Source of the DNA: the human T2T-CHM13v2.0 reference genome, Homo sapiens
DNA: 64,000 nt
Assembly: GCF_009914755.1 (NCBI RefSeq)
Contig: NC_060935.1
Direction: 5' to 3' (one strand)
In this document: in pieces, positions 12,370 through 25,092 of the stretch
Layout: each line of letters opens with the position of its first letter
How positions within the stretch are numbered: position 1 is the stretch's first letter
Position numbers and translations under genes: made by a program
The notes under the pieces: generated by a model
Databases searched by the model: none
The model's input: only the letters and a program-made list of their open reading frames with translations
What the model was told of the DNA's origin: nothing

Positions 12370-13170
12370 TCAATAAATACTCATTTGAATGCTTACTATA
12401 TGCCAGAAAAAGAACTAGTTATTAAGAGTACATTTGTGAGCAAAATAGACACCATCTCTGCTGATACGGAGCTAAAAGCCTGATGGAAGAAATGAAATTT
12501 ATTAAAATAATCACCAAATATATATTAAAGCAGTGTGATTTATTATATTAAATTATATATTAAATATATATTTTTATTTATTTATTATTTTATATATATT
12601 TTTATTTATTTATAAATATAAAAATATAAATATATATTTTTATTTATTTATTATTTTATATATAATATATATAATTATATTTATATATAATATATAAATA
12701 TATATAAATATTATATATTTATAATTAAATATATAAAATATATAATAAAAATATATTTTATATATTTAATATATTAAATATATATTAAAGCAGTATTATT
12801 ATTTTATTAATAAAAATAAAACATATGGATTTATAGGATCTAGCCTGGTGGGTTGAAGAAGACTTCCTTATGGAATTTACACTTTAGCTATAATCTGAAG
12901 ACTAAATAGGAATTCATTAGAAGAAAGGGCAAAAGGAAAGGTAGGAAATGAAACAATTTTGGAGTCAGTGTGGGTGGAGTACAGAAAGTAAGGATAAAAA
13001 AAGACATGGAAAAGTTTTTGTAAAATTAGTGCCATGTGAACACATTCACATTTCTAAAACACCTACAGATGCATTGGAGATGACAAAAGTAGAGCACGGA
13101 GCACCAAGGAGAATCCAGCAGAAACTCTGGGAATAGATGATGCTTAATTAGAAAGATAGAGTAATGAAAA
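12370..13170 (-). mobile_element. L2 fragment interrupted by an AT tract
   Basis: 'caataaatactcatttgaatgcttactatatgccag...aaaatagacaccatctctgctgatacggagct' is an L2 3' end, antisense. Confidence 0.65.
12538..12789. repeat. Pure A/T low-complexity tract (~250 bp)
   Basis: No G or C between these positions. Confidence 0.95.
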
Positions 13171-13754
13171 AATTAAATAGCAATAATAATTTCTACATTA
13201 CTTATTCATTGTGAAGATAAAAGGAAGTTACTATACAAGTGAAAAGGAAAGCTTATGACACAAAGTATACTATATAAGAATAAAATGTATTAGAATAAAA
13301 TATATTAGAATGCAAAGACTTGTTCACTCAGAAAGTTTTACATGCAATGAAGTCTGAGGCATATGTTGAAGGGAATTTGAAAGCAAAGACTCACATAGAG
13401 TAGACTGATGTACTTAGATCAGAGTGTTTTGGAAAGATATTAAGGAGGAGTGTCAATGGTGCCTAGAATAAAAGAAGTAAGGACAGCTCCTTGGAAATAA
13501 GTGGGAACTGTGCTAGGGCAGGGTCTGTGGGAATGAAGAGGAATGAATAAATAACAGGTGTTTTATACATAGACTCATCATAGCTTGGTGACTGAGTGTG
13601 GAAAGGCAGGAGGAGTGATAAATGGGTTCACTTCAGTTCAGCATGTTATGAATAGTGGGATTACTATCCTCAATACTATGCTGGATTTATTTGTTGACGT
13701 AAAGATAAATATTAGACATTCTAGATCCTTGAGTCCATAGTTCAGTAGGTGAGT

Positions 13755-14250
13755 GTTATAAATATCTTCAGCCCTTCCCTAAGCTTAAAAGTTGCTAAGA
13801 ATTACACCCGCCAGACTCCTTTGCAGCTTGAGTTCCACATAAAAATTAGATTCTACCCCTGAGTGGCAGTAGCAGGAGATTTAGAAAGCAGAATTGCAAC
13901 AGAAACTCTTGCTGCTGCTATTGGTTCTGGCAAGCAAGGTCCTGAAACAGGTTATTGGAAGTTCCTGGTGATGGCAGCCATTCTCTGATTTCTTGCATTG
14001 AGCTTCCAGTTCTCATGTGTGACAGGCAGTTGGGAAAGCAGCTGGTGGGGAATGCAGCAGCTTCTTGACAACCGAATCACAGCTAGTATGATGTATCCTT
14101 GAACTAAACAGTCCAGTGGTCATCCCCTGACTGCTGCTGCCCCAGCTCATCCAATCATTTGGTAAGTACCTTTTATTTCCTATATTAAATCTCTTTCTGT
14201 GTAAAATAACTAAATTATTTTTCTGTTTCTTGAATTAAAGCATGGCTTTC
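13755..14250 (+). mobile_element. LTR33-like ancient ERVL solo LTR
   Basis: 'gctaagaattacacccgccagactcctttgcagct...ttcctatattaaatctctttctgtgtaaaataactaa'. Confidence 0.6.
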
Positions 14251-15469
14251 AGTGAGTCAGACACATAAATAGATCACTTATACAATATTCTAAGTGCTAT
14301 AGCAGTCAAAAGCATAGGGACAAGACAAGCGGATTTTGCTTTTAACTGACCCATGGATTGTAGGACTGAGAACCACCAAAGAGTTTGTGAAGAGGCAGTC
14401 AGACGAACAGGGGTGGCAACAAGAAGAGCATAGTTATTGAGACTAAGAGAGGATATGATAGTAATTGTCCTTCCATCTAATATTACTCTGACCACCCCTG
14501 CCAAAACCACAGGCTTCTTTGGGCTTGTATTTTAGTAGATACAAAACCACAAGATTAAACTAAGTTTCCTCCCTGCTCTACTATTCCATAAATCTATGAG
14601 AACAATTTATTGTAGTTTTAAGAACACATTTTCAAACGTATCAGAATTTCATAAGATATTTTCTTTCCTAAGGAATAACATGAGTCTTGACTTGACTCTT
14701 ACAAGGATAAATGTCAAATTAGTTGTATAATGGGAGGAAATCATTTAGCTACTTGGGAGTATTCAGGTTCTAATCAAATTAGGATAAAATTGATATGTCT
14801 TCTGTGTGAACAATGGTACACAGGTGTGAGAGAGCTATACCACTAGAAAATATAGAGTCAGATAACTAAGTTTTAACTTTTCATCATGACACAAGCTCCC
14901 TGTTCTCATCACCAATTTATTATTTAAACCTGAGAAAATGAGCATCTCAAATTCAGGAACAATTTATATCGTTATTATGAGACAAGAAGATTGAGAACAA
15001 AAAGATACTTTTATATTTTTCAGGCACCAGAATTTTAAAGAAATTTTGAAGAGCATCAACATGACACTTGTCATCATCTTCCACCTTCAACTATAAGTGA
15101 TTCATGAGCAGAAATTATTATTCAATAGCAACTTCTAGAAGCGCTGAAAAACTAGCTTTTCAGTTCCAACTCTCATGTACTAAAAGTAATCATATAACCC
15201 AAAGGAATATTTTTCTATTAAAAAAAAGTACCTCTAAAATTGCCACTGGTGCTGTTGACCCTTCAATACTGGGTTTTTAAAAATTCTTCACTGTCCTCTG
15301 GTCTGCATGCACCAGAATCTCTGAAACAAACCTCAAACAAGCTTAGCTTTTTAGTGAGATAAGAGAAAGATTGTTCTACTTCCTGCAGTAAGTTTCTTTG
15401 AATCAGTGACTTTCTGATTTAGTAGCGTGGCAGGGCAACATGTGTGATTTGTTAGTGTTTTCTTCTAAG

Positions 15470-15815
15470 CAGTGGTCCCCAATCTTAATGGCACAAGGGG
15501 CTGATTTCGTGGAAGACAATTTTTCCATGGACAGGGCTGGGGCGGGGTGGTTGCTTGTGAGATGAAACTATTCCACCTCAGATCATCAAGCATCCATTAG
15601 ATTCTCATAAGGAGTGGGCAACCTAGATCTCTTGCATGCACAGTTCACAATAGGGTTCAAGCTCCTATGAGACTCTAAAGCCGCTGCTGATCTGACAGGA
15701 GGTGGAGCTCAGGAGGTAATGCTCATTGGAGGCTCCTCACCTCCTGCTGTGTGGCCCTGGTTCCTAAGAGGCCACGGACCAGTACTGGTCTGTAGCCTGG
15801 GGGTTGGGGACCCTG
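15470..15815 (+). mobile_element. MER1B (hAT-Charlie MITE)
   Basis: TIRs cagtggtccccaatc...ggttggggaccctg; internal 'ggaagacaatttttccatggac', 'ttagattctcataaggag'; opposite orientation to the copy at 17592. Confidence 0.9.
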
Positions 15816-16414
15816 TAAGGAACAGGAAAGTTGTCACATTCTGTTTAGATCAGAGTGACATTCCCTAGATCTGAAATCCTTCCCACACCCTGTCTACTCT
15901 ATGTTTTGTTGTTGTTGTTGAGATATTGTACTGTACTATTCTCTAATAGCAGGAGAAGGAGAGAGAGCTACTTAAGAGCAGGGGCAGTGTATTTCTCAGT
16001 CTCTCTGAAACCTAGCATAATGTTTGGCAATTGAACAAAATTCAGTAAGTTTGGACTAAATCAACTTGAAATACATATAAGTGCAAAGTTAAAAGAATTT
16101 GACAAATTTAAGAAGTATAATAAACCTAAAGAAAAGAGATAAAGTCTTACCAAAGAATTTTACATAAAGAATGAGTGAAAAACTAATTAAGTCTTAGAAA
16201 AATGATGCAATTTTAAAAGAATCCTTGATTAGATGTGTAAGAAACTGAGATTATTCTGAATAATAGAATATAACTAATTAAGATTATTACCTGGTTTATA
16301 ACAACTCTGATTAAAAAAAAGTAAATGTGAAAAAAATCTAAATGTTTTAGTACAATACACTTATACATAAGGGCATATAAATTTTTGTAAACCTCAAATC
16401 AAAGCCTTAGTTCT

Positions 16415-16893
16415 AAAGATAATAATTAACTTTCTGTGTCAACTTGGCTAGATTATAGTGAGCAGTTGTTAGGTCAAAGGCAAGTCAAGATGTTGCTTCG
16501 AAAGTATCTGTTAAGTATCTGATAAGCAATTGAATGTAAGTAAAGCTGATTACCTTCCATTATGTAGGTGGGCCTCATGCAGTAAGTTGAAGGTTGTAAG
16601 AGCAAAGATAGAAGGCCTTCCCAAAGAATGAGGACTTCTGCCTGAGGATAGCAAATACCAATTCTGCATGGGTTTCCTGGCTTCAGACTCAAGAATGCAA
16701 TATCAACTCTTACTGGAATTTCTATCCTACCAGCTTGCCCTGCAAATTTCAGACTTGCCAGCCCTTGCAATTGTGTGAGTCAATTCCTTAAAATCTCTTT
16801 CTCTCACTCTCTGTCTCTCTGTCGATTGATACTATCATCTGTATGACTTAACTATCATTAGTTCAGTTTCTCTGGAGACCCCTCACTAATATA
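16415..16893 (+). mobile_element. MLT2D-like ERVL solo LTR
   Basis: 'ttaactttctgtgtcaacttggctagattatagtg...gtgggcctcatgcagtaagttgaagg...gtttctctggagacccctcactaatata'. Confidence 0.8.
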
Positions 16894-17591
16894 GGGGATA
16901 ATACGGAACAGGAGCAGAGACACTTAAGGACAGTGAGGTCCCAAGCAGCCTATACACCTAAAAGTCCATCAATTTCAGCTGGTGATAACTGAAGTTTGCC
17001 ATTAACAAGTTTTAGGTAACTTCTGAAATAGTCCTTCTTTTGTTGCTCTTTTTTAAAATTGGAGACTATTCTTTTGAACAGCATTAGGTTCAAAGCAAAA
17101 TTGAGAGGAAGGTACAGAGATTTCCCATATACTCCATACCTTACACATGCATAGCAACATCCCCTACCAGAGTGGTACATCTGTTAACAATTAGTCAACC
17201 TGCATCAACACATCATAATCACCCAAATCCATAGTTTACATTAGGCTTCATATTTGGTGTTGTACATTCTATGGGTTCAGGACAATGGATAATATGTGTC
17301 TGCTGTTATAGTATCTATATAAAGTATTTCACTACCCTAAAATTCTTCTGTGCTCTGCCTTATTCATCCTTCCTCCACCATTCCAAACCTCTTCTAACCA
17401 CTGATCTTTCATTGTCTTCATAATTTTGACTTTTCCAGAGTTCATATTGCTGGAATCATACAGCCTTTTCAGATTGGCTTCTTTTAGTTAGTAATATGCA
17501 TTCAAAATTTCTCCATGTCTTTTCATGGCTTGATAGCTTGTATCTCTTTATCACTGAATAATACTCTATTGTCTGGATGTAACACATAAAG

Positions 17592-17942
17592 CAGGGGTCC
17601 TCGATGCCTGGGCTGTGGACCAGTATTTGGTCTGTGGCCTCTAAGGAACCGGGCTGCACAGCAAGAGGTGAGCCACAGGTGAACGGGCATTACTACCTGA
17701 GCTCCACTTCCTGTCAGATCAGTGGTGGCCTTAGATTCTCATAGGAGTGCAAACCCTGTTGTGAACTCTGCAAGTGAGGGATCTAGGTTGTGCTCTCCTT
17801 ATGAGAATCGAACTGATGATTGATGACCTGAGGTTGAACAGTTTCATCCCCAAACCATCCACCCTACCCAACCCTATCCATAGAAAAACTATCTTCCATG
17901 AAACCAACCAGTCCCTGATGCTGGAAAGGTTGGGGACTGCTG
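17592..17942 (-). mobile_element. MER1B nested in L1
   Basis: caggggtcc...ggttggggactgctg; degenerate 8-bp TSD acataaag/acatacgg. Confidence 0.9.
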
Positions 17943-18651
17943 ACATACGGTTTATGTATCCATTCACCTACTGAAGGACTTCTTGTATCCAAGACCTGGC
18001 AATTATGAATACAGCTGTTATAAACATCCATGTACACATTTTTTGTGTGAAGGTACCACTTATTTATTTTTGGGTAAATACCAAGAAGCATGACTGCTGT
18101 ATCTTACGGTATGAGAGTGTTTCCTTTTATAAGAAACCACCAAACTGTATTCCAAAGTGGCTGTATCATTATGCATTCCCAAAGCAATGAATGAGTTTCT
18201 TCTGCTGCACATCCTCTCCATCATTTGGTGTTGTCATTGTTCTGGATTTTGGGCATTCTGAGGTATGTAGTAATATCTCATTTTTGTTTTAATTTGCATT
18301 GCCCTAATGACATATGATGTGGAACATCTTTTTCTATGCTTATTTGCTATTTGTATATCTTCTTTACTGAGGTGGCTGTTAAGGTTTTTTTGGCTTATTT
18401 TTTCATTAGGCTGTTTATTTTCTTACTGTGGAGGTTTAAAGAGTTCTATGTATATTTTTGAGAACAGTCTTTTACCAGATGTAACATTTTTACAAATATT
18501 TTCTTCCAGTCTGTGATGCCTGTTCTTATTCTCTTAACATTGTTTTTAACAGAGCAGAAGTTTTTAATTTTCACAAAGTCTGGCTTATCAGTTCTATCTT
18601 TCAAGAATCATGTTTTGTGTGTGTGTTATATCTAAAAAGGCATTGCCATAC

Positions 18652-19280
18652 TGTCAGAGGTGTTTGAACCAGAGTGACTCCATCTTGAATGGGGAGTGGG
18701 TAAAATAAGGCTGAGACCTACTGTGCTGCATTCCCAGGAGTTTAGGCATTCTAGGTCACAGGATGAGACAGGAAGTTGGCACAAGACACTGGTCACAAAG
18801 ACCCTGTTGGTAAAACAGGATGCAGTAAAGAAGCCAGCCAACACCCTCCAAAACTAAGATGGTGACAAAAGTGACCTCTGGTCATTCTCACTGCTCATTA
18901 TATACTAATTATAATGCATTTGCACGCTAAAAGACACTCCCACCAATGCCATGATAGTTTACAATGCCATGGCAATGTCAGGAAGTTATCCTACATGGTC
19001 TGAAAAGGGGAAGAACCCTCACTTCTGGGAATTGCCCACCCCTTTCCCAGCAAACTAATCCTTCTACCTCTTGTTTAGCATGTGATCAAGAAATAACTAT
19101 AAGTATAGGCAGTTGATTAGCCCATGCTGCTACTCTGCCTATGGAGAAGCCATTTTTATATACCCTTGCTTTCTTAATAAACTTGCTTTCACTTTACTCT
19201 ACGGACTCACACCGAATTCTTTCTTGCATGAGGTCAAGAACCCTCTCTCAGGGTCTGGATGGGACTCCTTTCTGGTAACA
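18652..19280 (+). mobile_element. MER41B-type ERV1 solo LTR
   Basis: tgtcagaggtgtttgaaccagagtgactccatcttgaat...tctggtaaca; perfect 4-bp TSD atac; AATAAA near 19176. Confidence 0.93.
19023..19031. promoter_or_regulatory. GAS (STAT1) motif TTCTGGGAA in MER41
   Basis: Matches TTCNNNGAA at the tandem-GAS position of MER41B; function untested. Confidence 0.55.
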
Positions 19281-19898
19281 ATACCTAAGACCATCTATGT
19301 TTACTTCTATATTATCAACCATATTTATAGTTTGTGTTTTACAGTTAGGTCTATTATCCATTTTGAGTTAATTTTTAAAAAATGTATAAGGTCTATGTCT
19401 AGATTCATTTTTTTGTTGTTGCATGCGGATGTCCAGTTTTTCCAGCATTTTTGTTGAAAGGAACACCTTTGCTCCATTGTATTGCCTTTGCTCCTTTGTG
19501 GAAAGATCATTTGAATATACATGTCTATTTCTGGGCTTGCTATACTATTCCATTGATATAATTGTCTATTCTTTCACCAAAACCACACTGTCTTGATTAC
19601 TGTAGATATACTGTAAGTCTTGAAGTTGGGTATTGTCAGTCCTCCAACTTTGCTTTTCTCCTTCAATTTTGTATTAACTATTCTGGGTCTTTTTCCTCTC
19701 CCTATAAACTTTGAAATCGGTTTATTGATATCTAGAAAATAACTTTCTAGGATTTTGATTGGAATTGCATTGAACCTATAGATCAAGTTTGGAAGAAATG
19801 ACATCTGGACAATATTGAGCCTTCCTAACCATGAACATAGAACATCTCTATATATTTAGTAACTTTTAAAAATGAGATTCAGATATGAACCGCTTGTT

Positions 19899-20014
19899 AT
19901 TTTTTTTAAGAGGCAAGATCTCATTATGTTGCCCAGGCTGGTCTCAGACTCCTGTGACCCTTCCATCTCAGCATCCCAAGTAACTGGGATTACAAGCACA
20001 CACCGCTGCACCCA
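19899..20014 (-). mobile_element. FLAM / Alu monomer
   Basis: T-tail, 'tcattatgttgcccaggctggtctcagactcctg...tgggattacaagc'. Confidence 0.8.
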
Positions 20015-20851
20015 AAGTAGTCATTTTTGAATCAGCCTTGCATACATGGAGGGACCAATCTCATCAAGTCATGGTGTATATAATTATTTTATAAGTTGTT
20101 ATATTTCCTATTAATATTTTGTTGAGAATTTTTGCATCTATGTTCATGAGAGATATTAGTGTGTAGTTTTCTTTTCTTATAATGTCTGTTTCTAGGGTAA
20201 TGCTCACCTCATAGAGTAAGTTATGAAGTATTTTTTTCTCTGTCCTCTGAAAGAGATTGTGGAGAATTGGTATAGATTCTTTCTTACATGTTTGGTGGAA
20301 TTAACCAGTGAACCCGTCTGGGCCTAATGCTTTCTGTTTTTGAAGGATATTAATTATTGATTCCATTTCTTTATACATATATGCCTATTGAGATTGTATA
20401 TTTCTTCTTTTGCAAATTTTGGCAGATCATATTTTTAAGGAACTGATCTGTTTCATCTAGGTTATTAATTTTGTGGGAATAGAGTTGTTCATACCACTCC
20501 ATTGTTATCTTTTTAATGTTATGAGATCTGTAGTGATATCCTCCATTGTAATTCTGATATTAGTAATTCACATTCTGTCTCTTTTTTTCCTATTCTTGCT
20601 AGAAGCTTGTCAATTTTATTGATCTTTTCAAGGAGGTAGCTTTTGGTTTTGTTGATTTTCTCTATTGATTTTCTGTTTTCAAATGTATTGATTTCTGCTC
20701 TTTTATTATTTATTTTCCTCCACTTACTTTGTATTCAATTTATTCTTCTTTTATTCATTTCTTAAGGGCAGAAACTTAGATTACTGATTTTAAATTTTTG
20801 TTCTTCTCTAATACATGCATTTTAAATGGTTCCTTTTCTTCTTACTCCCCT

Positions 20852-20984
20852 AGAAATGACACAAAGTGAGCACATGCTGTTGGAAAAATGGTGCCAAAAG
20901 ATTTGCCTGACAGAGTTACCACAAACCTTTAACTTTAAAAAAAATGTGATAAAGCAAAGCACAATAAAATGATATATGCCTATA
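20852..20984 (-). mobile_element. Tigger1 terminal fragment
   Basis: 'agtgagcacatgctgttggaaaaatggtgcc...ccacaaacctt...gcacaataaaatgatatatgcct'. Confidence 0.8.
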
Positions 20985-22232
20985 CCTCATGGTTGCAAGT
21001 AAAATCTACCCACAGTGTAATTCCTACTTCACTTCCTGGTAGAAATACTTATACTTTCTTCTATCGGCCCACGTCTTTATAAAAGTATTCCATCTTCACA
21101 ACAGCAATTGTCAAAAAATATGATGATTGGCTTCTATATGTATTCCCTATTAGACTTTGTCCTCCATGAAGATAGAATCTCTATAGTTTCTTAGTTGTAT
21201 TTAAAGCGCATGTCCCAGTGCATTACCTATCAATGGCACTTATTGAGTTTTTGTTAAATGAGTGATGATACAGATTTAAAGAGGTTTTGCTAGTAATTGG
21301 CTACAGTGTAATTCAGAGAATTCCTTTTTAGTTGTTTATTCAGAAGCCAAGACCATTTCCTTTATTTTCATTTTGTAATATGGACTCTGAAAACCTAACG
21401 AGTTTACTTTTCAATAGCTGAATCACATCAATTTGGTGGACTTATAATGGGTTTGTTTTATTCATCGCCGTGTTTTATTCACCATTTTTAGTTGTAAATT
21501 CTTTTCATGGGGTTTCAATGGCTTAATGATAACCAGAAATGACTCATGCAGTTAAAAAATTCACTTCATTAGTGCAGAGTGTGCTAATTTGCATCACAAA
21601 ACAATTCATTTAAATACAGAAAGCTTTTCTGCATATCTCTTTTTCATGTCTAGTATAATTTCACCTTTATTAATGCAAAGTCTCAAGGTATCCATCTTAA
21701 CTGGCTTGTTCTCCAGCTATCAGGGATGGTGAAGACCTATTCTCTCCGATGCTTTTAGTGACAATAGTCCAATGATGTAAAGTAAAACTCTGTGCTAATT
21801 AAGTGTACAGCATTTATTTTTGCATGAAATAAAAGTTTTGCATGAATGGCCCCTGATTTATAGTGGCAGGACCATGGGAGGGACCTGAATTCAAATTCTA
21901 TTTGATTTGAGTTAATTGCTCTTTATTTTATAAATTCACATAGCTTATACCAATAATTTCTCAATCTCTCTTTCTCTCATTCCTCTTCCCCTCTCTCCCG
22001 CTCCTTTTCCTTTTACCCCTTCTCAGGTTATTCAACGTTTTCAAAAACAAAGATGTTGTAAAGATATATGCAATAACTATTACTAAAGCATAATATTATA
22101 ACATTATTTAAAAAGCATGTGCTTTGAAGTCTGCAGACCTAGAATACAGTTCTTCTCTATCACGTATAATCTATGTATTTTAAATTTACTTCTTATTAAG
22201 TGGTTGTGAGCATAAAATGAGATGGTGAATAC

Positions 22233-22960
22233 TGCTGTTGACTGAATGCTTATTTCTCCCAAATTCAATGTGAAAATCCTAACCCCAGTATTAGAAGGTA
22301 AGGCCTATGGAAGGTAATTAGGTCATAAAGGAGGAGCCCTCATGCATCGTGTATTAGTTCATTCTCATGCTGTTAATAAAGACATACACAAGACTGGGTA
22401 ATTTATAAAGGAAAGAGGTTTAATTGACTCACAGTTCTGCATGGCTGGGGAGGCCTCAGGAACAATCATGGTGGAAGGCATCTCTTCACAGGGCGGCAGG
22501 AGAGAGAATCAGAAGTGCAAGCATGGGAAATGCCAGACACTTATAAAACCATTAGATCTTGTGAAATTCACTCATTATCATGAGAACAGCATAGGAGAAA
22601 CCACCCCCATGATTCAATTACCTTCACCTGGTCTTACCCTTGACACATGGGGATTATGAGGATTACAATTCAAGGTGAGATTTGGAGGGGACACAAAGGC
22701 AAACCATATCAAATGGGATTAGTGTGCATATAAAAAAGACAGAACTTATTCTCTCTCTCTGCTTTCTGCCATGTGAGAATACAATGGGAAGATGCAATGG
22801 CCATATGCAAACCAGGATATGTGCCCTCACTGAACAATGGTGCTAGCACCTTGATCTGGGAATTCTCAGCCTTGAGAACTGTGAAAAATAAATTCCTTTT
22901 GTTTATAAGCTACTCAGTCTATGGTATTTGTGTTATAGCAGCCCACCCAGATTAAGATGC
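22233..22960 (+). mobile_element. MLT1A0-type MaLR LTR split by THE1D
   Basis: 'actgaatgcttatttctcccaaattc...gagccctcatg' resumes after the insert as 'aatgggattagtg...agaactgtgaaaaataaattcc...ttatagcagccc'. Confidence 0.85.
22350..22711 (-). mobile_element. THE1D-type solo LTR
   Basis: tgtattagttcattctcatgctg...cacagggcggcaggagagagaat...aaaccatatca; degenerate TSD catcg/aatgg. Confidence 0.88.
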
Positions 22961-23649
22961 CTTGTAAAGTGAGGTTCATGTGAAAATTCCGAAGCAATTT
23001 CTATACCACAAGTCTTTATTTTGGATGTACTCTTACTCTTCAGAATTAACTGACATTTTTCTGATATATAATCATCTTCTCACTCTGAACAGAAAATTAT
23101 CCGCTACAATCACGTACATTTTGATTGATATTCATTCATAGTAAACTTAGCTTCTCTGTGTTCTGAGTGAATCTGGAAAAGACATTGGATAGAATCAAAG
23201 CTATTGTAGATAACTGCAAGAGGGATGCAATCCAGGGGATGCAGCTAACATTCCATTTACATGTGGCATGCTCTGTGATGAATGCTGTCTGGGGATGGTC
23301 TCTAAGTTTCATAGCTGCTATGAAGGCTAGCATTACAATATATAATTTATATATGAGAAAATTAAGTGTCAAAGAAATAAGTTATCTGATCAAAGACATG
23401 GAATTAGAAAAAGCAATAAAATCCATATTTTTCATGTGTTTCTAAAGGCAACATGTTTTCTAATGAGTCATATTTGCCTGTCATATCTAACAGATGATTA
23501 CGATATGTTGAAGAGAGAATCTGATCATTTTAGGAAAAATGAAGTCTGCATATTGGACTTGAACACCCATTGTTTAAAGCTTCCAGAAAAATGTTCAAAC
23601 ATTGGTTTTACGTGTGGGTCTTCTCTCCCTCACTTTTTAACATTTATTC

Positions 23650-24250
23650 GGTCCCTCTGTGGAGCCCTGAGAAAAAGCTAAAGATGGAAGCCCACATACC
23701 ATATTTCTAAATATTTAAAAATTATAAATCAACCTATGACATGGCTAAAGGTATTCTTTTTAACCTTAAATGCCAAATGAATATAGAACTATTGCACTTT
23801 TTGGAATTCTGAGCTGAATGTATTATTGAGAGGAGGGCCTGCTCCTAATCCTCAATCTCCAGTCTCAAATTTGCAACATCGCCCCTTCCCTCTTACCACT
23901 GACTCATCTCAAACTAAGAAGGGCTCTGGAGAATCCCTTCTCACACATAAAAGCTCCATCCATATTTCCATAGAAAACTATCCTGTGTTTGCTTGTGCCT
24001 GGGATGTGTACGGTGCTGCTACACCTTCAGGGGCAGACCACAGAGAAAATCTCAAAGACAATTATAGCGTGGATTCTGGAGTCCCAAGTACCCAGAGGAT
24101 ACCCCTCTAAAAGGCATTCATGAGTTCCACATAGGCATATCTCTTTGACCCCATGGGATTGTCACATAAAGAGATGTGTGTTGGGAAGAAGGCTAGGTGC
24201 CCAGGTCAGGAGCTCCTCGTATCCATCCAAGACTTAAGTTGGTTCTTTGT
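23650..24250 (+). mobile_element. MER115-like hAT-Tip100 fossil
   Basis: 'atggaagcccacataccatatttctaaatatttaaaaattataaatcaa' matches the recalled MER115 start; extent approximate. Confidence 0.5.
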
Positions 24251-24494
24251 TTTGACCTAAAATACCAAGCATCCAGCACCAGTTCTAATCATAGTCTCAG
24301 CATTCCATGTGTCACCATCTCTGTTGGAAGTTCTGTCACCTGTTGTAACTTGAAAATCGTTCTGCTTTTTGTCCTTCTTCCCTTTTTGCCTCCCCTCGTT
24401 GCTCTCCATTCTTTTCTTTATTTCTCTGTCTCTGTCTCTCTCTTCCTCTTCTCCTCCTACCCCTTTTAGTCTCTCCTTCATTTCCTCTCTGTTT

Positions 24495-24720
24495 TAGCCT
24501 CTGGAATCAGACAGTCTAAGTTCACATACTGGTTCCTCACTTGGTTTGGATTATTCAAATGATCTTGGATTAACATTTGGTGTCTATGTATTACAAATTC
24601 CTTATCTCTAAGCCTTAATAATAAGAGCTCCAATCTTATTTGGCTGTGGTGAGGATTACAGAAGTTAATGTGTGTGAAATGCTTAGTTCAGTGCATTTTA
24701 GTAGCTCAATGAATGTTCGC
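24495..24720 (+). mobile_element. MIR SINE flanked by pyrimidine-rich tracts
   Basis: 'ctctggaatcagacagtctaagttc...ggctgtggtgaggattac...tagtagctcaatgaatgtt'. Confidence 0.7.
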
Positions 24721-24880
24721 TTCCTTTTCTTCCCTCCTTCCTTCCATCTCTGCCTCTTAACCTCCTTCCTTTCACTTTTTCTTGATTTTTTTCTCCCCTG
24801 TTTGCTACTTTTGTTATTTTTTCTCTTTGTTTCTTATTTCATCATTGACTAATCTGTGACTGCTACAGTTCTGAGAATAA

Positions 24881-25092
24881 CAGCAATTCTCACCTGAGGA
24901 TGCTTTTTATCAACAGAGGACATTTAGCAATGTATGGAAACAGTTTTGCTTGTCACAATTAAAAACATGATAATGGCATATGGTGGGCAGAATTAGGGAT
25001 ATTGCTAAACATCTTTGCTGCCTAGGCTAGAACCCCCACAATGAAGAATTATCCATCCCCAAATAACAATGGTGCTGAGTTTGAGACTCCTG
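24881..25092. mobile_element. MER20 (hAT-Charlie)
   Basis: 'ggacatttagcaatgtatggaaacagttttgcttgtcacaat...gatattgctaaacatc...aagaattatccatccccaaataacaatggtgctgagtttgagactcctg'. Confidence 0.8.

Larger units (their letters stand above)
17045..20820 (-). mobile_element. L1MC1/L1MB-type LINE-1 hosting nested MER1B, MER41 and FLAM
   Basis: 3' UTR 'caaagcaaaattgagaggaaggtacagagatttcccatat'; minus-strand ORF2 peptides (LIYRFNAIPIKI...PNFKTY; FQQKCWKNW...LKINSKWIIDL). Confidence 0.9.
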
